A stretch of 64,000 nucleotides of DNA. Source: a virus. The stretch covers positions 14,797 through 78,796 of IMG/VR virus record IMGVR_UViG_3300041809_000308, one strand, 5' to 3'. The position numbers were made by a program, and so were the translations under genes. A model generated the notes under the pieces. The model was not told the DNA's origin. It was given only the letters and a program-made list of their open reading frames with translations, and did not search any database. This document shows positions 58,881 through 64,000 of the stretch, one piece after another. Position 1 is the first letter of the stretch. The number at the start of each line of letters is the position of its first letter.

Positions 58881-59396
58881 CTACTCGTCTTTATTTACCG
58901 TGCTTTCAGGGACAGTCACTTCTTCCAAGCGTCCTCCCTTAATGGGCTGGTACTCGTTCCTTCCGGTGGCTTTCAAAGCCTGAGTACCCGCGTCCTTCCT
59001 AATCTTGTCCCGTGTTGCTTTACGTTCGTGAATCCGGCCCCATTTTTCTTCTGCATCTCGACCAATGAGCACATCCACACTAGCCTTATTGCTACTTTTT
59101 CCATGAACAATGGAAAAACCTTGAAACTTTTTCTTGGCTACCTTGCCACACATCGGGCATGGATAAGTCTCAGGAGCAGCACCAGTGAGATGTTCAACGC
59201 TAAACAGAATCCCACAACCACCATCACTCGACCAACACTGGTATTCATAGTCCTCGGTCGATTCTGGCTCTTCGTAAGTCAAAGCCTTTCCACAAACCGG
59301 GCACGGAGGAACTTCTTTGTCCCATTTCGTCCCGAAGGAAAGATGCTCGTGCTCAAAATTGCACGGTTCACAACGATATATCAATTTGGTAGGCAT
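58881..59396 (-). CDS. FmdB-like double zinc-ribbon protein (putative tail assembly factor)
   Basis: MP...Y.C..C...CP.CG twice; D..IGRDAE.KW. Confidence 0.6.
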   Translation of the reverse strand: MPTKLIYRCEPCNFEHEHLSFGTKWDKEVPPCPVCGKALTYEEPESTEDYEYQCWSSDGGCGILFSVEHLTGAAPETYPCPMCGKVAKKKFQGFSIVHGKSSNKASVDVLIGRDAEEKWGRIHERKATRDKIRKDAGTQALKATGRNEYQPIKGGRLEEVTVPESTVNKDE

Positions 59397-59406
59397 AGCC
59401 CCCTCC

Positions 59407-60087
59407 TTAAATCTTGTGCTTGCGAACAAAGTTCATGGACATACTCAATTGCGCTGCTATAGCAGGAAGCGAAAGTCCACTTGCATACAGACTTTTTACT
59501 CGGTCTCTCTTAGCTTGATATTTTTCCGCCATAGTTTTAGATTGATTAGGGTGTGGAATGAAATACGGGGTGAGGTCGCGCTTTAGAGCAGCAGCCTTCA
59601 TACGTTCAAGAGTTTCAAGTGTGTTCTTACGCCCAACATTTTCTTGGTAGTTTCCCTTGGCTCGGCGAGTGGCTACTCGTTTGATTGCTATGTCTGGAGA
59701 CTGATTAGGAATTAAATAGGCCCCCTTAGCTCGGCGAGTGGCTACTTGTTTTGCAATTGATTCAGGCGACCGTTTCTTCCCAACCCACCATGAAAGCCCA
59801 TCGCCACCCGGTGTTAGGTTGTAACCCTTATCGTGGTTTGTAGAATCAAAAAGTTTGATGAACTCTTTTTCTCTTTCATTCAATTCAGCCTCAGTGGAAA
59901 CCCTGCAAAGAGGTTCAATGGTGAACTGACTGACTCCGTACTTACGTATGGCTCTTTGTAGAATCCACTTTGCTCCACGCTTGGCTTCCCATACATGCTG
60001 ACTCCACCGGGTGTTGAGATTCTGTTTAACTGTCTTCCCGATGTACACTTTGCCATTGATTTGATTCGTAATTTTGTAGATGAACAC
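59407..60087 (-). CDS. GIY-YIG homing endonuclease
   Basis: FIYKITNQINGKVYIGKT, GYNLTPGGDG. Confidence 0.9.
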   Translation of the reverse strand: MFIYKITNQINGKVYIGKTVKQNLNTRWSQHVWEAKRGAKWILQRAIRKYGVSQFTIEPLCRVSTEAELNEREKEFIKLFDSTNHDKGYNLTPGGDGLSWWVGKKRSPESIAKQVATRRAKGAYLIPNQSPDIAIKRVATRRAKGNYQENVGRKNTLETLERMKAAALKRDLTPYFIPHPNQSKTMAEKYQAKRDRVKSLYASGLSLPAIAAQLSMSMNFVRKHKI

Positions 60088-60161
60088 ACATTTTACCCTA
60101 TCTACATAAGAGATAGAAAGTTGCTTTATTTTATAAACTGTTGAAAAAAAAAGACTTCAGG

Positions 60162-61787
60162 CTACGAGTACCAACTAACGAACTGAAACCGAGTGTTGCC
60201 AAGTGCCGAGACCCGAGGAGTCAAATGTAGCTTGCCCTGAAAGTCGGGAGCGTATGCAGTGTCGGTGATTTCAAATGATGCCACGCGAGTCACCTTCGGA
60301 ATGAAAACTTTCCAGTCAGCCGATGCTGAAATAGAAACGCTGTAGACAAACATGGGGGCTGTGCCGGAGTTGTCACGCTGTTGACCACGATAAGTGCGCC
60401 GGGCCTCAAAGATAGTGATGCCGTCTGCTTCCATATTCTCCCGACGCATAACCAAAAGCTGCTGTTTAAGCAACTCGCTTAAGTCAGAAGAGGTCTGAAG
60501 ATCGTTGGAGCGGAAGTCCAAAGTGAAATCCAGATTTTCCTTGGAACCATACACTTCATAAGTCTCGGTCGTTGTGGGGCTTACGATGATAGCTGCTTGG
60601 TCATTAGCGACTACAGCATCCCCCATGGCAACAGCCAATCCGGGAAAGGCATCAACCTTTTGTTGAGTCACTGGGTCGAGAAGATATTGAAGTTTGCCTT
60701 GCAGGTCTGTGTATGTCTCCCAGTACCCATTGATGGCGAATTTCTTTCCTCGACATGTAGTCTGACCAGCCTCAATACGAACTTCCCAACGTACCCATTC
60801 GCCGGGTTTGAGAAGCTGAGGCAGAGTTACCGTGCCGTCCTTATTAACGGTTGCATTGTAGTAGTCGTTTTCAGTGGTGTGAATGAAAACTTGTCCCGGT
60901 GCCAAACTTTCATTCGGCTGGACGCCGACCTGAAGAATGTTTTCAGGATTGGTACCAGCAACAGTGCTGGGGTCAACTTTTTGGATGACTTGCGCTGTAA
61001 TGGTACTGCCTGACGGGCTCCACTGGCTCAACTGAATGAAATCCCTGCCATAGAAAATCCAGTCAATCCCCTTTCGAAGCTGGTAATCATCTTGGTCAAA
61101 TAAAGTGAAGGATACCCATGAACCGGGAATGTTCGCTACCTCCGGCCCACCCAGCGTGCTCTGAATGATGACTTCTGAATTCGACCGTTGATACCAATAG
61201 TCAGTCATCGGAACGAGAGGCGTGCTGTTAGAGTAGTAAAGTTGAAGAGTTTGTGTTGGAACAAGAAGAATGACATACTGTGAGAAACCCTCAATCGCGA
61301 CCGAATCGCCCGTTGCCAAATCTTTGGCTGTAAGAGTAGTTCCGTCGATGCCTTCACGCAGGTAGGCGATTGAACCCACAGCATTGTAGTATTTACCCTC
61401 AACCCAACGAAACTTCTGGATCGTCAGGTCCACATCGTTGGTCTTCTCATCGACAGTGTTGACATTCAGGTAATAGACCCCCGCGACAGGTGTTGCTCCT
61501 GTGGCGTCAGTTTCCTTAATCCATTCGATGAATGTGCCTTCTTTGTTCTCAACCTTGGCGACGAGAGCGCGACCATATTGGTTGCACATGAAGTAGTCTG
61601 GAGAGAGGCGGTTTCCCGACGTGTTGACATCCCGGACGGTAATCTGCACATCCCGGTATTGAATCATGTTGTTAGATTGGAACGTGACTTCACCCAACGT
61701 GGAATTGAACCGGGGATTCCGTGAAACGGCGTCCCTGATTACACGCAAAAGATACCCGACAAGATTTGCACCAGTAAGGTCAATCAC
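60162..61787 (-). CDS. Structural protein (possible neck/tail completion)
   Basis: 541-aa ORF upstream of the sheath; called on position only. Confidence 0.5.
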   Translation of the reverse strand: MIDLTGANLVGYLLRVIRDAVSRNPRFNSTLGEVTFQSNNMIQYRDVQITVRDVNTSGNRLSPDYFMCNQYGRALVAKVENKEGTFIEWIKETDATGATPVAGVYYLNVNTVDEKTNDVDLTIQKFRWVEGKYYNAVGSIAYLREGIDGTTLTAKDLATGDSVAIEGFSQYVILLVPTQTLQLYYSNSTPLVPMTDYWYQRSNSEVIIQSTLGGPEVANIPGSWVSFTLFDQDDYQLRKGIDWIFYGRDFIQLSQWSPSGSTITAQVIQKVDPSTVAGTNPENILQVGVQPNESLAPGQVFIHTTENDYYNATVNKDGTVTLPQLLKPGEWVRWEVRIEAGQTTCRGKKFAINGYWETYTDLQGKLQYLLDPVTQQKVDAFPGLAVAMGDAVVANDQAAIIVSPTTTETYEVYGSKENLDFTLDFRSNDLQTSSDLSELLKQQLLVMRRENMEADGITIFEARRTYRGQQRDNSGTAPMFVYSVSISASADWKVFIPKVTRVASFEITDTAYAPDFQGKLHLTPRVSALGNTRFQFVSWYS

Positions 61788-61823
61788 AGGATGAGTCCTC
61801 TAATATAGGGGGCGAATGTCTGG

Positions 61824-62135
61824 TTACCCGTCATCCCAATCGGGAATGTCCACAGTTGAACCCGCCAACGGGTGGGTACAATCGGCGAGAAACTGAATCT
61901 TCCCATTCTTAACAAAAACATGGCAGCGTCTTTCAAGACGCCACTCCTTGAACTCTTCAAGAGCATCTGGATTTGCTGGATACGTTACGAGGATAGAAGG
62001 AGTCACAGTTGGCTTCTCTAAATCCCCATTCCATTCCCAAACGGGGTGAGCCCCGGAAATACGAATCATGTGACCACATTCGCATCCGGGGCAGTTAAAA
62101 GCTACATGCTCCTCGTTCAAGCGGCAAAACTTCAT
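61824..62135 (-). CDS. DUF6527-like small Cys/His protein
   Basis: FNCPGC..H..WEWNG..PT..PSI..CH.FV..G.IQFL.DCTH.LAG. Confidence 0.7.
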   Translation of the reverse strand: MKFCRLNEEHVAFNCPGCECGHMIRISGAHPVWEWNGDLEKPTVTPSILVTYPANPDALEEFKEWRLERRCHVFVKNGKIQFLADCTHPLAGSTVDIPDWDDG

Positions 62136-62896
62136 TACCAGCCGCCAGTGAGGTCTGTCTTATGGTAGTCGGTGAGTTCATCACCAGCACCGTAACGCTC
62201 CGGCCCGTCAACAATCTTGACAGGCAGGGCACCATAGTCAACACCCGGAGGCGGCGGCGGTACAGTTTGTGTGACAGGCTCAATCCACTGATGAATCGAA
62301 CGGCGAATGTCGTTGATAGAAACTATCGCATTGAGACGGGGGTACCAACGGTTTTCAATTTGAATCTCATCGGGGGCGGTGTAAGTGAGAATCCACCACT
62401 CGCTACCGTCGTGGGCTTGGAAGATGGCTCCGGGGATCATGTAGGCAAAGAAGATTTCGTCGCCCTCTACGGGCGACATTGGGTTGGGGAGAGCCATAGT
62501 TCCGGGGTTAGGTTGAAACTGTACAAATGTGGACACCCGTGTATCATCAGGGTCACCAATTATTGCTTGAAGATTCGAATCACTGTTGACCTGCTCATCC
62601 TCACATAGGACACGCGCCGTTTTTGCAAGAGTCTCAGCCAAAGAAACTGATGCTCTTTTATTTGGGTCGGCGGAAAGTTCCCCCTTCAATTCTTCAGGGG
62701 TTCCTTTTGCAAAGGACTGCCATTCACCCCCCTTAAAGATTTCAGTGTATAGCATTACTTGACCACTGTCATTGACATAAGAGGAAGGCTTACTGATACG
62801 AAATGTATCTCCGGGAAATGCACGCAAGCCAAATAAAGGAGGAAATTGGTTCATCGCCTCTGTGACCAATTCTTGTTGTTTTTGCAGGTTAATCAT
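62135..62896 (-). CDS. Hypothetical protein with a KRAS/KTAR linker
   Basis: 253 aa, two modules joined at NKRASVSLAETLAKTAR. Confidence 0.55.
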   Translation of the reverse strand: MINLQKQQELVTEAMNQFPPLFGLRAFPGDTFRISKPSSYVNDSGQVMLYTEIFKGGEWQSFAKGTPEELKGELSADPNKRASVSLAETLAKTARVLCEDEQVNSDSNLQAIIGDPDDTRVSTFVQFQPNPGTMALPNPMSPVEGDEIFFAYMIPGAIFQAHDGSEWWILTYTAPDEIQIENRWYPRLNAIVSINDIRRSIHQWIEPVTQTVPPPPPGVDYGALPVKIVDGPERYGAGDELTDYHKTDLTGGW

Positions 62897-63660
62897 TTGA
62901 CGCCTCCCTTAAGAGAATGAAAGTTAGATTTCCACCGTAATTTTGTAGCGCAGGACTTAGAGCAACAAACTTTATTCCTCTGTTTCAAGGGGACGGGAAA
63001 TTCCACACTGCAAACTGGACATACCTTATACAAATCCTCAACCGCTACACCTAGCCTCTTCAAAGCATTGAGATGTTTAGTTGCCCCCATTCGGGCCTTA
63101 ACTTCTTCAGAGTGTTTTTTACCAAAGTAGGGGTTGCTATTCCCAACAAACACCCTCCTCGAAGCATAAAGAGAGGCTATCTGTGCTTCTGTGAGAGAGG
63201 CAAAATACTGCTTTTTCTTTTGACTAATCAATCCCCTAGTCTCCGCCGAATGGTGCCTCCCGTAAAATGGATTGTTGCTCCCAGTGAAAACTTCTGACCT
63301 TCCATACGCCCAGTGTTTATTCCCGGAAGCACAACCCCCATCTCCGCCCTTGGTCAGGTTGTACCCCTTAGTCCGATTATCTGACTCATACTGAGCTATG
63401 TATCGCTTTTCAAGTTCAATTAACTGCTTTCTTGTGTTTGCGACACCCAAAACCGCAATATCAAAAGCATCAATTCCATATTTCCGAATAGCTGCATGGA
63501 AGTAATTTCGACCTGTAAGTGCATCTTTCTGATGACGCTGCCAACGGTAAGATACTGGACGGGTGGACTTTCCTATGTACACCTTGCCGTTGACTTTATT
63601 AGTCACCAAATAGATAGCCATCCGAGTATCTAAACTAAGTGGGGTAATGGGGTTTGGCAT
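62893..63660 (-). CDS. GIY-YIG homing endonuclease with NUMOD3
   Basis: IYLVTNKVNGKVYIGKS, NPFYGRHHS. Confidence 0.9.
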   Translation of the reverse strand: MPNPITPLSLDTRMAIYLVTNKVNGKVYIGKSTRPVSYRWQRHQKDALTGRNYFHAAIRKYGIDAFDIAVLGVANTRKQLIELEKRYIAQYESDNRTKGYNLTKGGDGGCASGNKHWAYGRSEVFTGSNNPFYGRHHSAETRGLISQKKKQYFASLTEAQIASLYASRRVFVGNSNPYFGKKHSEEVKARMGATKHLNALKRLGVAVEDLYKVCPVCSVEFPVPLKQRNKVCCSKSCATKLRWKSNFHSLKGGVK

Positions 63661-63706
63661 TTGAACCTCTCACTTAGATACTGAAAGTCAAGAAACTATT
63701 TGTTGA

Positions 63707-64000
63707 TTATCTCATGATGCGTCCAAACGTCACCGTCCTACCAATTGGAATCTCTGCCTTGTTTTCCCACACAGCTTTACCCGGCTGAACACGAGCATCG
63801 TAAATTGGCTCCCCATCTCCCTTGAGATTGAGTGGGTCAACTCCCTGAAGCGGGTTCTCGGTGATAACTGGGTCAAACAGGGTGGGCAATCCTGTGTTAA
63901 TGGGTATGAGATAACGAGTATCTCCCCACGGAAGTAGCTGAACTGTAAAGTCTTGCTGTAACATGATGCCTCTCGGCTGCTTGTAGGTCACCCCATGGAT
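63707..64000 (-). CDS. C-terminus of a structural (possible neck) protein, truncated by the window edge
   Basis: The frame stays open to the window end. Confidence 0.5.
   Translation of the reverse strand: MHGVTYKQPRGIMLQQDFTVQLLPWGDTRYLIPINTGLPTLFDPVITENPLQGVDPLNLKGDGEPIYDARVQPGKAVWENKAEIPIGRTVTFGRIMR

Noticed and set aside
1-64000. Stop-codon reassignment
   Set aside because: Genes are long and tightly packed in the standard code; TAG, TGA and TAA all end genes at coupled junctions.

Overview
This window is part of a large myovirus-type (jumbo-like) phage genome in the standard genetic code. 1-19.8 kb (+) holds three tandem polyvalent proteins (5'-truncated >450 aa, 2300 aa, 3853 aa). They are built from about 35-40 small enzyme-like modules (ADP-ribosyltransferase-like, GNAT, ParB-like, papain-like, HExxH and receiver-like). 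Almost every module boundary is a K/V-x-A-A/S linker, and the same motif punctuates the putative prohead protease, scaffold and other head-associated proteins. I infer these are virion-packaged polyproteins cut by the maturation protease into an injected effector cocktail. 19.8-26.3 kb (-) is an accessory region. It has a Mom-like (XF1762) gene directly behind an atypical, probably non-proteinogenic tRNA-Gly, a DUF4338/Mom-like fusion gene, and a ~650-nt cluster of unrecognised structured ncRNAs. 26.3-64 kb (mostly -) is the morphogenesis region: tailspike/fibre, major capsid, decoration, scaffold, protease, tail tube and tail sheath. The tail tube gene is split by a 209-nt group I intron that the ORF track misses. 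About ten free-standing homing-type endonucleases and a recurrent ACTW-N8-T late-promoter-like motif are also present. All calls come from motif recognition by eye; no database searches were run.
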